Part shown: positions 52,241 to 64,000 of the stretch, in pieces
Position numbering within the stretch: the first letter of the stretch is position 1
How the letters are laid out: each line of letters starts with the position of its first letter
Source of the DNA: Eledone cirrhosa
Taxonomy: Eukaryota
NCBI GenBank assembly: GCA_964016885.1
Contig: OZ024740.1
Span: 242,048,001-242,112,000 of the forward strand
DNA length: 64,000 nucleotides
Direction of reading: 5' to 3'
Notes under the pieces: generated by a model
The model's input: the letters and a program-made list of their open reading frames with translations, nothing else
Databases searched by the model: none
What the model was told of the DNA's origin: nothing
Translations under genes and position numbers: made by a program

Positions 52241-55200
52241 GCAACCTAGTAAATCGTATTATCGTGTGCTCCGCAAAGGTTTGTTATTTTCAGTTGTTTA
52301 AAATTGCCATTTATGGAAAATTTTGATTGTGGTGCTAGACGTGACCAGCGGAGACGGGCAAGCTTTCAGGCTAGTGGCCGTGTATGCCCCGACAGGAGCA
52401 GGGCGGCCTTATTTCTTCCGGCGTCTGGAGACCTTTCTTGGAACGTCCCGTTCTTTAGTGTTAGTGGGCGACTGGAACGGGATCTTAGATGCACGCTGGG
52501 ACTGTGTGGGATTAGCAGATAGGGGAGGAGGGTGCAAGAGCCTCACCAACCTGCTCAAGCGTTTTGAACTGTCTGACAGGTACCGATTGGATTTCCCGAA
52601 TGTGCCAATGTGGACTTGGACAAATCGCATAGGGTCATCCAGATCATATCTAGATAGAGTATTTTGTAGGGAAATAGATAGGTCTAGCATAGGCTGTCCA
52701 CAATTCAAGATAGTCAGCTAGACGGACCACAAATTCGTGATCTGTGTGCTTGACTTAGATAGGCTTCATAGACGAGGACCCGGCTACTGGAAGCTAAACG
52801 CGTCCTTACCAGCGCGCAAGGCCTGCAGAGACCGGATTAGCGAACTAGTTAAGCGGGCGTTGACGGGGGCCATCGTCAACAACAAGTGGTGGTTTGCTCT
52901 GAAAAGAGCAATTAGAATAGAGTCCATTAGGTTTAGTAAGGCTTTAGCTATTGAGAAAAATAGAGCAGAGGGAGAATTAGTTAGAAAATTAGACGAGGCG
53001 CTTAGCAAAGGCATCGCGAGCGACGTACTTGCGGCGAAATTGGCTCTTGACCAATTCTTCAATGCAAAACACGAAGGCTGCGTTGTCTGAGCTAGGGTGC
53101 GTGCTCTCAGACACGAGGGGACGAAAGCCGTTGAATGGGCCCGATTGGCGGAGGCGCGTCCTAGCAACAAAGCCACGATCCGGTCTTTGGTGGACCACGA
53201 CGCGCGCATGCTACTCGATCCCGGGAAAATGAGTGAAGCTTTTCAGCGACACTTCGCTCAGTTGTTCGGGGTGCAGCGGCGGGCCGGCTCGAGGGATGAA
53301 CTTTAGTGTCTACCTCGACGGACTGCCGCGGCTCTTGGCCACTGAGGCGGAGTGTTCGTGAAAAGCCGATAACAGCCGCTGAAGTATGGGAGGCAATGAC
53401 TGGATGCACAAGGGGTAAATCGCCTGGTTTGGATGGTCTGCCCTTTGAACTTTACGTACAGATGCCAGACTTGTTCGGAGGCCTCTTGGCGGACGTCTAC
53501 TGCAACTGGCAACAGAACGGGAGAATTCCCAGCTCTGTGAGCCGAAGAGCTGTGGCGCTGCTGAGAAAGGATCCGAACAAGGGGGATAACATAGATAATT
53601 TTAGGCCCATAACTCTGCTAAACACATAGTTCAAGATTTTGGCCAAGGTGATAGCAAAGAGGTTGGCGCTTGTCGTTGGTGGTCTGGTGGGAGAGGCGCA
53701 GACAGGCGATCGGCACTACACTAAAAGAATACGAAGCGGTGACAGGAGCAATGATCAACCAGGAAAAGTCAGTGGGCCTGCAGCTCGGCACCTGGAGAGG
53801 CAGGTCCATGCCGTCCAACAGCGTCGTCAGGCGCTGGACGGATGGACCAGTTAAATTGCTAGGCGTCTGGTTCGGTCCGGATCTCCAGACGGACAAAAAC
53901 TGGGACGAGATGACGAGCAGGGTGGCTTCTCTCACCCAGAAATAGGCCGAGTGGAAGCTATCCCTGAAAGGTCGAGCGGAGGTGGCTAACGCGTATATCG
54001 CGTCCGTCATCTACTACCGCCTGATCGTCGTACCTTGTCCTAAGCCCCGCCTGACTGCGCTAGAGCGTTTGCTCTTTCGCTTTTTGAGGAAGGGACGCGC
54101 TCCGATGGTCAGGCGGTCCATCTGCTGTCAACACCCGCTACGTGGAGGGCTGGGAATACCGTGGCTGATGATGCGCAGACACGCACTCAGGCTACGACAT
54201 CTCCACCTCTTCCTCGACGGTGATCAGGTGTGGTCTCCGTTTGCTAGACGTGTCTTTCCCCAGCTCGTCTCCTTGACGGAGCGGCAGTCCTGGGTCAAGC
54301 GAAGACCGAGAAGGAGCGCTTGGAGACTGGAATGTCTTGAGGCGCTCACAGCCCTCGACCAATCGGACAATGTGATCGGTGGAAACTCCACCTTGGCGTT
54401 CTATAGAGGATGAGTGGAGGGGAAGAGCGACGACGTACTTGGGGGAAACTCTAGGCGTCGACAAAAATCAACTAGCCAATCTCTTCGGAAGAACTTTCGG
54501 GCCGGGGCCTATGGACAACCTCCAGAAATCCCTGGCCTGGCATTACTACCGAGGAGCTTTGCCAGTTCGGCATAAACTCTACAGGCATGGAGGTGCCGTC
54601 AGCCGGGCATGTCCGAGATGCGCGCAGGGAGACGAAACCGTCATGCACGCACTCGTCCAGTGTCCGAGCATTGCTGACTTGCGGGTTTATGTCGAACACC
54701 TGCTGTCGCGTGTAGGACGGATCCGGCTATCAGCTGAGTCCATCGTGAGGATTGCCCCGCCCTCTTTCTTTAGCCGGGAAGGGCAGGCAATTTTTATCTG
54801 CCTGGTGGCCATGGCGAAAGAGATAGTATGGTGGACACGTTTGAAAGGGCTGAAGATGAGCACTTACCTCTTCGGTGATGCCCTGATTAACTTTTTCAAA
54901 TTTCATTTGAAAAGGAAAATCAGGGTAGAAAGGGAAGTGCTCTCTTCCCAGCATTTTGTTGAAAGATGGGTGAGAGAAGCAAGAATGGCCCGAGTGAATG
55001 GGCCTACTCTGAGTATGTACCTGTAAATTAAAGGTGGAAAACTGGGAGAGAGCACTTGCCCTGGTCAGGGTCACTGTAGCTTTTTAATGGGCTTTCTCCA
55101 CGAATGTCCCTCGGAAGTCTCCCCCCTATTGGTGAATTTTTTCATTGTTCTATTATTACATCCTCTGTTTCTTGTTTTTTTTTACACGCAGAAATGCCCA

Positions 55201-55274
55201 TTTGTACCGTCCTGTATTGTCCTGTACTGTCCTTAATGTCTACTTTATGTAAACCCTTGTGGTTAATAAAGAAA

Positions 55275-55277
<3 letters not shown>
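52241..55277 (+). mobile_element. Tx1/L1-clade ORF2 pseudogene, 5'-truncated, RT core deleted, (ATT)n tail
   Basis: VYAP, GDWN, YLDRVF, TDH, GYWKLN, KSPGLDGLPFE, NFRPITLLN, then a jump near 53702 to INQEKS, KLLGVWF, GGLG and CPRC..ETVMHALVQC. Confidence 0.9.
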
Positions 55278-55306
<29 letters not shown>

Positions 55307-55318
55307 GTTATTGTTATT

Positions 55319-55527
55319 CCTTGAATCTCAGTCATTGATGTTGGTTAACTGGAAAGTCCGTTGGATTGAATATCAAGCCACTACCTGCAGCCTCAGATAT
55401 TCAGGACGTATCGGAGGGTTCTTGCCGTTCCAAGCAAGCATGCCTTTTGAAGCGTTCCAAAAAGCGTGAAGGGGCCGATTTTCTTTAACCATCCCTGGAA
55501 ACCTTTGGAGATAGTCCCCAGTGCGCC

Positions 55528-55528
<1 letters not shown>
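55319..55528 (-). mobile_element. R4/Dong 3' stub flanked by (ATT)n
   Basis: Matches 46743-46952. Confidence 0.9.
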
Positions 55529-55590
<62 letters not shown>

Positions 55591-55719
55591 TTATATATAC
55601 GAATACACATATACACACATATGCACTCACATAGCCACGCACATTCACACTCTTACACACACACACATTATTCGCTTTGTAAGATTCTTGATGTGAAATC
55701 GTATGTTGAAATTGATATT

Positions 55720-55961
55720 GTAATGTTTGGGGGTGGTCCTGTTGCCAACATTGCCAATTAAAGGAAACCCACTTTATCTTTATTGCTAGTTATTCATTAG
55801 TTCTTTCTGTCACTTCTCAATGACTATCTCTCCTTTTTCTGGTCTTAATCTTTTACTCCATTTTGTTTTTGTTTTGTTTTATGGAGAGTTTTTCGTGATT
55901 TGTGTCTTTGCATGCATTTGTGCTTTTGTCTTCTCTTGTGTGTGAGTGTCTCTGTACATTT

Positions 55962-56024
<63 letters not shown>

Positions 56025-57345
56025 AAGGGAGTTTATATATCCCACTGTTTGTGTCCTTTTTTCCATTTTCTACCATCTATCGTTAGTTTGTGGGATGTTA
56101 CTATTCAACTCGTGTTTTCTGTTTAAAATAGATCTATCTTCTATTATGTATGTGGTCTCCGTAATGTGTCTAAGTATTGTGTCAGTTCTATGTGTGGATA
56201 GGATCTTTGTTTCTGTTATCTTGAGCCCCACCCTGTTCCTGTCTGGCGTGTTGATATAGTAGTGATAAGCTTTTCTTCTCCTTAAGTCCTCACCAGTATT
56301 CCTTTATTCTCCTTCCTATGCTACGGGCTGTCTCTCCTTAGTATGTCCTTGTCTTGTTTCTGCACCGTCCCTCTGAACATCTTATCTCATAGATTACATT
56401 TCTAGTTTTGCAGTTTAGTTGCGGGCTTACCTTACAGAATATGCAGTTTCTATCTGTACAAGAGATTTTCCTAAAGAGATATGTTTTACTGATCCGGGAT
56501 TTTATGGGAACTCCTGGTTTTACCCCTACTTTAATCCGTAGGATCATTTTGTCTTCTAAAACGATACGATAGTTCACCTCTAAGGGTTGCATTGATGAAC
56601 ATGACACTGATATTTTGTGTCATAACATGAGTTGGCCTTCTCTGTCTTCTTTTTAGTCCTTTCTATACTATTCCTTAATTTGCTCCTGTATAGTGAGCAA
56701 ATCCCATTCATATCATTCTCCGTAAGGATTTTGAATTTAGTCGTGGCTCCTTTGTACACCCTGATTCTGTCTCTTTCGTTGCAACCAGAGAACTACATAC
56801 AGTGGATAAAGTGCTGTATGTCTCTCTTTAACTCTGTAGAATCGTACATCCGGGACACATTTCTCATCATCTACATCCGCTATCAAAATATCTGAGAAAG
56901 CTGAGCTCTGAATGTATCAGGTATTTAGAGGCCATGGGTTTGGTACAATGTGAATGGAGGATTTGGACCTTATTCTTATTTTTCATCCAGAGTTATGTGT
57001 CTAACACGGGTAGTCTGCTGTTGGGGTGTTTAATAGGGTGGTCTACCGTTACTTTAATCCTTTGGTTGATGGAGTTAGTTATTTGCTGAATGCTCTCCAT
57101 GGAGTAGGCTTCTAGTTCCGGTTCATGAGTTCTTTCCCTTGAGGGTGTTTTTACCACTATATTGATATCATCAACATAGCGAGAGTATATGTCTATGGCT
57201 ATGAAGTTATCAAGTAAGCATTCCTTGAGTCCCCTGTCCCACCAGTTTATGAACAGATTGGCCACATTGCCAGCGATCCTGTCACCGATGGCCACCCCTC
57301 CTACTCGGGCGTACGATTTATTGTTGAAATTAAACAAAGGGCCTT
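55720..57345 (-). mobile_element. Penelope-like element, related to 35200-37108, decayed
   Basis: GVAIGDRIAGNVANLF, YSRYVDDINIV, LPVLDT and CKTRNVIYEIRC; possible N-terminal remnant at 58240-58780. Confidence 0.85.
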
Positions 57346-57349
57346 TTGA

Positions 57350-57890
57350 GTAGTTTTAAGGCTCGCTTCCACCACATGTGCGAACATTCTCCTCACCGTT
57401 TCGTAGTTTTCGGGGATACGTTTGGCTCTGGGCCAACCGCTCCACTTTTCCACAAGGGTCTTTTGGGCTATCTAGGTGGTGGTAGAAGGTCTACCACGTA
57501 CTGGTCTACTAGAGCAGAAAGAGCTAAGGTTGTATTCATCTATGTATTCTCTATCACACGTAAGATGGAAGCCCAGTTCCTCAGTCGCGAGCATGGTCCG
57601 TGTGAATGGGCCTGCCTTGAGTATACACCTGTAGATTGGAGTAAAAAAACTGGGAGAGGGCACTTTGTCCTAGCGGACAAGGTGTTCGTGTCTTTTGTGG
57701 TATTTTTACACGAGTGACCCTTAGAGTCTCCTCACCTATGGGGAATTTGGTGTGTTTGTTTTTAAATATTTATTTTCTTAGTCTCTGTTATAAATTTTAT
57801 TTTACACAAAAACACCTACCCTGTATCGTCCTATCCCGTCTTTATTGTTACCTTAATGTGAGCCCTGTGTGTCTAATAAAGAAATAATCA
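57350..57890 (+). mobile_element. Tx1/L1-like 3' fragment
   Basis: Similar to the 54800-55277 end (GTGAATGGGCCT, GGGAGAGGGCACTT, AATAAAGAAAT + ATT tail). Confidence 0.65.
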
Positions 57891-57934
57891 TAATTATTAT
57901 TATTCGGTAGATTAATAACGAAAGCATTATTATT

Positions 57935-58166
57935 CGGTAGATTGTCAGTATCGGTAAAGCGTCGAACAATATGCTTTGTGGAGTAGAGTTATGGCTCTTT
58001 ATATTCTGAGTTCAAATCCTGCCGAGGTTAGCTTTGCCTTTTATCCTTACGGGGTCGATAAAATAAAGTACACGTAATGCACTGGGGTCAATTTAATCGA
58101 CTTTCCCCTCAAATTTCCCCTTCAAATTACTGGCCTTGTGCCTATAGTAGAAATCATTATTATTAT
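57935..58166 (+). mobile_element. SINE family 1 (long variant)
   Basis: B box, central block and (ATT)n tail. Confidence 0.8.
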
Positions 58167-58789
58167 TGTTGTTGTTGGTGGTGGTGGTGTTGTTGTTGTC
58201 TTTGTGTGTGTTGTTATTGTTAGTGTTCTTTTTGTTTGTCTATGTGCATAGATGTGTGATGTGAGTACGTTTAACTCTTATAACCTTTTCCCTTGCCAAC
58301 TTATTTCCTTTACCCCAATTTTTTCTGCTGCTATCGTTGTTTCCTTCTGTGTTTGTGTGTTCGTTTCTCTCACCCTTTCTATTGTTGTTGTTATTGTCAC
58401 TGTTCTTGTTGTTCGTGGTACTATCGTGTCTGTTGTTGTTGCCGACATAGTCTGAATTATTATTTTTGTTGTAGTTATTCGTGTTGTTACGGTCGCCGTT
58501 ATTGCTGTTGCTGTTTGTGTTGTTGTTGCCTTTGTTACGGTTGTTATTGTTCAAGTTCCATCGAAATTTTGTGAATGTTTTATTCTATTTCGAACAACCA
58601 TTTGTATCTTACAAACCTTTCTATATACTTCGAACTTAGATGATAGTTGGAGTATCATGTGTTCCTCCATGCCGACCATTGTTTCTCCATAAATGTTTGT
58701 CTGGTTGTTTCTATCGAATTTCGCTGTACATATCACGGTCGCGCTATCTTTGTAGCTAAGTTAGTCAGTGTCAATCTAGACTAAAACTA

Positions 58790-59646
58790 CGAGGGCAATC
58801 CCAAAAGTAAGGTCTCCAAAGCCATGGGGACTGTTCGTACGGCTATTGGCAATACTGTTGTGATTGGTGCTTCCTTCATTCCCAGACAAGCATGCGCGAG
58901 CTTCGCTGGGATGCTCAATCTTGGCAGCCGCTGAGAATGGAGCTCCCGTTGAACGCTACCGCCAAGTGCGAAGTTCGCGCAGTTATTCTGTTTTTGAACG
59001 CAAAAGGCATTGAACCGATTGAAATCCATCGCCAATTGACGGAAGTGTATGGACAGTCGTGCATGGATGTCAAAAACGTTCGCAAGTGGTGTAGAGAGTT
59101 TACAGCCAGTCGTACTGAAATTCACGACAAACAAAGGAGCGGGAGACCGTCAATTTCCGACGAGACAGTCGCAATTTTTCCGTTAAAATCCTGTGGATGG
59201 TGCTTCGGGAAACCTCAGGAACCAAAATGCAGAGAGCATCCAGACTGATCCACCGATGTTTACGCATGTTTTCCTCAACCTTTGCGACGGTCTCCCGCTC
59301 CTTTGTTAGTCGTGAATTTCAGTACGACCGGCTGTAAACTCTCTACACCAATTGCGAACGTGTTTTACATCCATGCACGACTGTCCATACACTTCCGTCA
59401 ATTGGCGATGAATTTCAATCGGTTCAAAAACCGAATAACTGCGCGAACTTCGCACTTGGCGGTAGCGTTCAACGGGAGCTCCATTCTCAACGGCTGCCAA
59501 GCCAAGATTGAGCATCCCAGCGAAGCGCGCACATGCTTGTTTGGGAGTGAAGGAAGCACCAATCACAACAGTGTTGCCAACAGCCGTACGAACAGTTTCT
59601 CTGCGTCCCCATCGCTTTGGAGACCTTACTTTTGGGATTGCCCTCG
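58790..59646. mobile_element. Mariner-derived element built from two inverted 5' ends
   Basis: TA-CGAGGGCAATCCCAAAAGTAAGGTCTCC ... GGAGACCTTACTTTTGGGATTGCCCTCG-TA; both arms encode the transposase HTH (EVRAVILFL..IHRQLTEVYG..WCREF). Confidence 0.9.
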
Positions 59647-59749
59647 TATAACTAACAATTATTAAATAAATAACTCATTACAAAAATAATTCATTGCATA
59701 CTAGAAAAGAGTGAATGATTTGATATTAGACGAGCACAAATTCAAAATA

Positions 59750-59884
59750 CCGTATTTCCCGGCGTCGAAGACGCTACCTTTTCTCTAAAATAAGTCTAAA
59801 AAATCTATCTTTTTTCGGGTTTTTGTTTGTCAAGATTAGGGTGCGTCCTCGAGGACGAAGCGTCTTCGGCGGCGGGAAATACGG
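59750..59884. mobile_element. pogo/Tigger-like MITE
   Basis: TA-CCGTATTTCCCG ... CGGGAAATACGG-TA. Confidence 0.8.
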
Positions 59885-59996
59885 TAGTTTAGTGTGACAG
59901 AATTAATCTCATATATACCGAGATTTAAACTTCATATTCTAAAATATAGTTATCACGACATTTGCCGCTGTTTTATTATTCTTGTTGTTGTTGTTG

Positions 59997-60107
59997 ATGA
60001 TGGTGATGATGGATGATGATGTTGATGATAATGATGATGATTATGATGATGATGATGATGATGATGATGAGGATGATGATGATGATGATGGTGGTGATGA
60101 TGATGAT
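59997..60107. repeat. (GAT)n microsatellite
   Basis: Direct reading. Confidence 0.9.
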
Positions 60108-60351
60108 TAAAAATATGTAATGGGATAAAATTATAGATGTACTAAAATATTTATGTATATATATGAATTTATCTGAATTAAGTATGTGTATAAAGAAAAC
60201 GTTAAGAAGAAAGTTTTAATACTGGAGAACTTCCGAGTACACGATGTTGGTGATATTTCGTCGATATTATCACTATACCTATAGAATCTTGTCTAATTCC
60301 TGTTAGAGCAACATAGAATTGCTCTTGCACAAATAGAAGAGAAGTGATCTA

Positions 60352-60546
60352 CGAGGGCCAGCTGAAAAGTTCATAAGTTGACCAAGATACTCACATGGAA
60401 TGACCAAATGAGATTTATTTTTTAACATAGTTCCTGGAAATAAACAATGCATTTATTAATAAGAAGATTTGAAATTATTGTATGCCAGATTTCACAGGTC
60501 TTGCATCACTCCTTTATAGTCAGACTATGAACATTTCAGCCTCATA
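60352..60546. mobile_element. Old mariner-type MITE
   Basis: TA-CGAGGGCCAGCTGAAAAGTTCATA ... TATGAACATTTCAGC imperfect TIRs. Confidence 0.6.
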
Positions 60547-62254
60547 TTTTAACCAGTAATTGACATAGTGATTAATATCTGGAATTGCGTAAAAGTGAAT
60601 GATGGAGGGTTGTCAGAAGATTTCAGATTAATTTTGACATGTTTTCTATAATAATCACTGTTTGTATAACAGACGCTTTCAGTCGTTATTGTTCTATTGA
60701 AATTTTGTAATAGCATTACAACACATCCTTTTTTACGTTTCAAAGTATGTGAGGGCGATCTTGCAAACTTTAGCTGTTTTGGAACTGCGTTCGATAATTA
60801 AGCACATTGACTACTGAATGATTGATTTAGTACGAAACTGTTTCTTAATCAAATATATTGATTATTTCCACATTTATAGATCCAGCAAGATTATTAATTC
60901 AGATAGTAATGTTCGATGTGGGAAGCTGGAAAGATCCAATGTGCTCCAAGAAACTGGATTTATCTTTTCATAATACTATCAGAAGATGATGCATTAGGAC
61001 ACCGTTTGAAAGCACAATTTTCCTCTCAGATTCCAGCTTTTCTAACAGAAAGATGAATGCCAGTCCAGTCAGTCCTTTTAAACGTGTCATCTTATATTCA
61101 TGGTTTCTATTTCATCAGTCTTTTTCATGATGAAGAGTGTGCTCTATGATTGCAATAGCAACTCTGCTTTTCTTTACAATAGAAAGTATTGAACTAAAAT
61201 TGTCTAGAAATACAATGATATTGACAAAAGGAAAATTATTTTTCAAAAGATCACGGAATTTACAGCCAACTGCACATTACATTTATCCTGATATTTGTCG
61301 TGCTTCATTATTAAACAGATGAAATTATTGTATCAAACTATTTTTACTAGTTTACTGTTGACTGTTGACAGCAAGACTGCTAACATAATTACTCCCAATG
61401 CAAATTAGAATATAGAAAATTCCATATATTGTCGAGTAACGTTTGTAGAAACACTCCGTCGATCATGACATTGTGCACGCCATCTAGAAGAGAAAGCATC
61501 AAAGCTGATCCACAGCATAGATTGGGAAAGCATGGGGATGTCAACTGATATACATTGACAACAGGACGCAAGTTATTGGCTTGGAATCAATCCAGTGAGT
61601 GAAGATGGAAATGTTGGACAGTGAAGTGGAAAGGCCAGGTCTAACTAACAAATATATATAATATACATTAGAAATGTCCCTAACATTGCGTGTTTTATCA
61701 TATAGGTGTATATGAAAGCATATATGATTTGATTATATGTAATAACCATACGAGAGATTTGCTATGAATTCTTTTAAAGCAGTGATCATGTCACACTATC
61801 TCAGTCGCAGCGAGAAAAATAGACAGGTGTTTCTGGATTTTTATCTGTCATCAGTGAAATTTACTCATTTGTTATGGTAATTGCGTGTGAAAATACTCAT
61901 TTGCATATAATGCGAACTTTAGTAAAAGCGAGGTAATCAAAAATGGCACTAACATGATATATTACTGAACATGTAATATAATCAAAACACGTGAACATGC
62001 ACATATAATCTTGGACAACCAAATACTGGCACGCCCACGTACATACACAGACACAAGTGTGTGTGAGAGAGAGAGAGAGAAAGAGAGAGAGAGAATATGT
62101 TTAGCTAACTTCCTATAAAGTTACATCTGATAAGAGGTTTCTCGGGTGTTACAATGATAGAGGCTATGGTCCTAGTATGAAAAGCAATGAGTAATGAAGC
62201 ACCTTAGTTAAGAACACAACCTGCTGCCCAATCCATAAATCAAAACCTATAAGT

Positions 62255-62348
<94 letters not shown>

Positions 62349-62630
62349 CGTGTGTGTGTGTGTTTGTGGGTGTGTGTGTGTAAATAGGGAGACACAAAGC
62401 AGGCTTTCTTTACAAACGGCTAGTGAATTTGAAAATTAGGTAGTAACATGTGCTTACGCCGTATTTGACTATGTAGAATCAGTCTGTTAGTTGGGATTTT
62501 AAAAAATCCACTGAATGGAAAATAGGATGATTATAGACGTACATGGGATACGAACCCACATCTTTAGTTTGACGGACCAATGTGTTATCATATATATATA
62601 TATATATACATTATATATTATATATATATA

Positions 62631-62715
<85 letters not shown>

Positions 62716-62732
62716 ATATATATATATATATA

Positions 62733-64000
62733 TGGTGGCTGCCAACTCGTTTTCGAGTACGGCCACTACTTTATATCCATGTAGGAGAACCCCTACCGAT
62801 GCGCTGAACGTGTGTGACTTTTTAGTCCAGCCAGCGACTTGAAAACTCTGGTACAAACACTACACTTGTGACAATTACTGACACATAGTGCTGGGCCCAT
62901 TGTACCCTGTGATGACAAGTGGAGAGAGATCTCCAGAAATAAAGCAATGCCTGTGCCGTGAAGCTTTTATAGTGAGCAAAGGCACTGCACAAAGCCAGTC
63001 CAACTCTCTTAACCAAGATGATATTTACCAAAAAGAAGAACAAGTTAACATCATTGGATACCATCAGAGTTGCAGGTGTTATATCAGAGTTTTCTTTCTC
63101 CTAGAATTCTGTCTTGACAAAGGCTAAGGGGTCATCTCTCCCGGTGATTTTGGATCGACATTGACTCTTAAGAGCTCCTTTGCCCTTTGACAGGTTTTGT
63201 TTTTAGTCCTGCAGGATGTCCAAAGTCACCCTCCTCACCAAGAAACCTTGGTGGGGTTGCACATACATACACACCTACATATATACATATATACCTACAT
63301 GCCTACATATACACATACATACCTACATATATACATACTTACCTACATATATACATACATACACACATACATACCTACATATATACATACATACACACAT
63401 GGTGGCTGCCAACTCGTTTTCGAGTACGGCCACTACTTTATATCCATGTAGGAGAACTCCTACCGATGCGCTGAACGAGTGTGACTTTTTAGTCCAACCA
63501 GCGACTTGAAAACTTTGGTACAAACACTCCAATTGTGACAATTATTGACACATAGTGCTGGGCCCATGGTACCATGTGACGACAAGTGCAGAGAGATCTC
63601 CAGATATAAAGCAATGCCTGTGCCGTGAAGCTTTTATAGTGAGCAAAGGCACTGCACAAAGCCAGTCCCATTCTCTTAACCAAGATGATATTTACCAAAA
63701 AGAAGAACAAGTCAACATCATTGGATACCATCAGGGTTGCAGGTGTTATATCAGAGTTTTCCTTCTCCTAGAATTCTGCCTTGACAAAAGCTAAGGGGTC
63801 TTCTCTCCCGGTGATTTTGGTTGGCCATTGACTCTTAAGAGCTCCTTTGGCCTTTGACAGGTTTTGTTTTTAGTCCTGCAGGATGTCCAAAGTCACCCTC
63901 CTCACCGAGAAACCTTGGTGGGGTTGCCAGTTTAGTCACCAACGACGCGACCATGAGACAGGTTGTACTGGGATACAGGTTACCAGTAGCACCAACGGGT
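62733..64000 (-). mobile_element. Two tandem copies (667-bp period) of a non-coding RTE-related retroposon with (TATG)n/(TA)n tails; the second copy runs off the window
   Basis: 62733-63260 matches 63400-63927; CTAGGAGAAGGAAAACTCTGAT motif recalled from RTE-type 5' UTRs; 3' end shared with the stub at 40555. Confidence 0.6.

Overview
AT-rich, microsatellite-dense animal genomic DNA made almost entirely of transposable elements. The repeat content suggests an octopod cephalopod, but that is inference. No host protein-coding gene could be identified with confidence. Recognisable elements are two tandem full-length R4/Dong-type RLE retrotransposons (one a single stop codon from intact) interleaved with Tx1/L1-type elements in (ATT)n tracts, decayed RTE LINEs, several Penelope-like (PLE) fragments, a Helitron with both termini, mariner/pogo derivatives, two tRNA-derived SINE families and a 14-bp minisatellite. 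The most striking signal is non-coding. At least five families of ~430-660 bp elements sit inside (TA)n tracts and each carries a type I hammerhead ribozyme (HHR) motif. One family is a 466-bp head-to-tail array with one minimal HHR per unit, and several have 5' inversions or fold-backs. Together they look like a multi-family retrozyme / non-autonomous PLE system. Coordinates were read by eye and element edges may be off by some bases.
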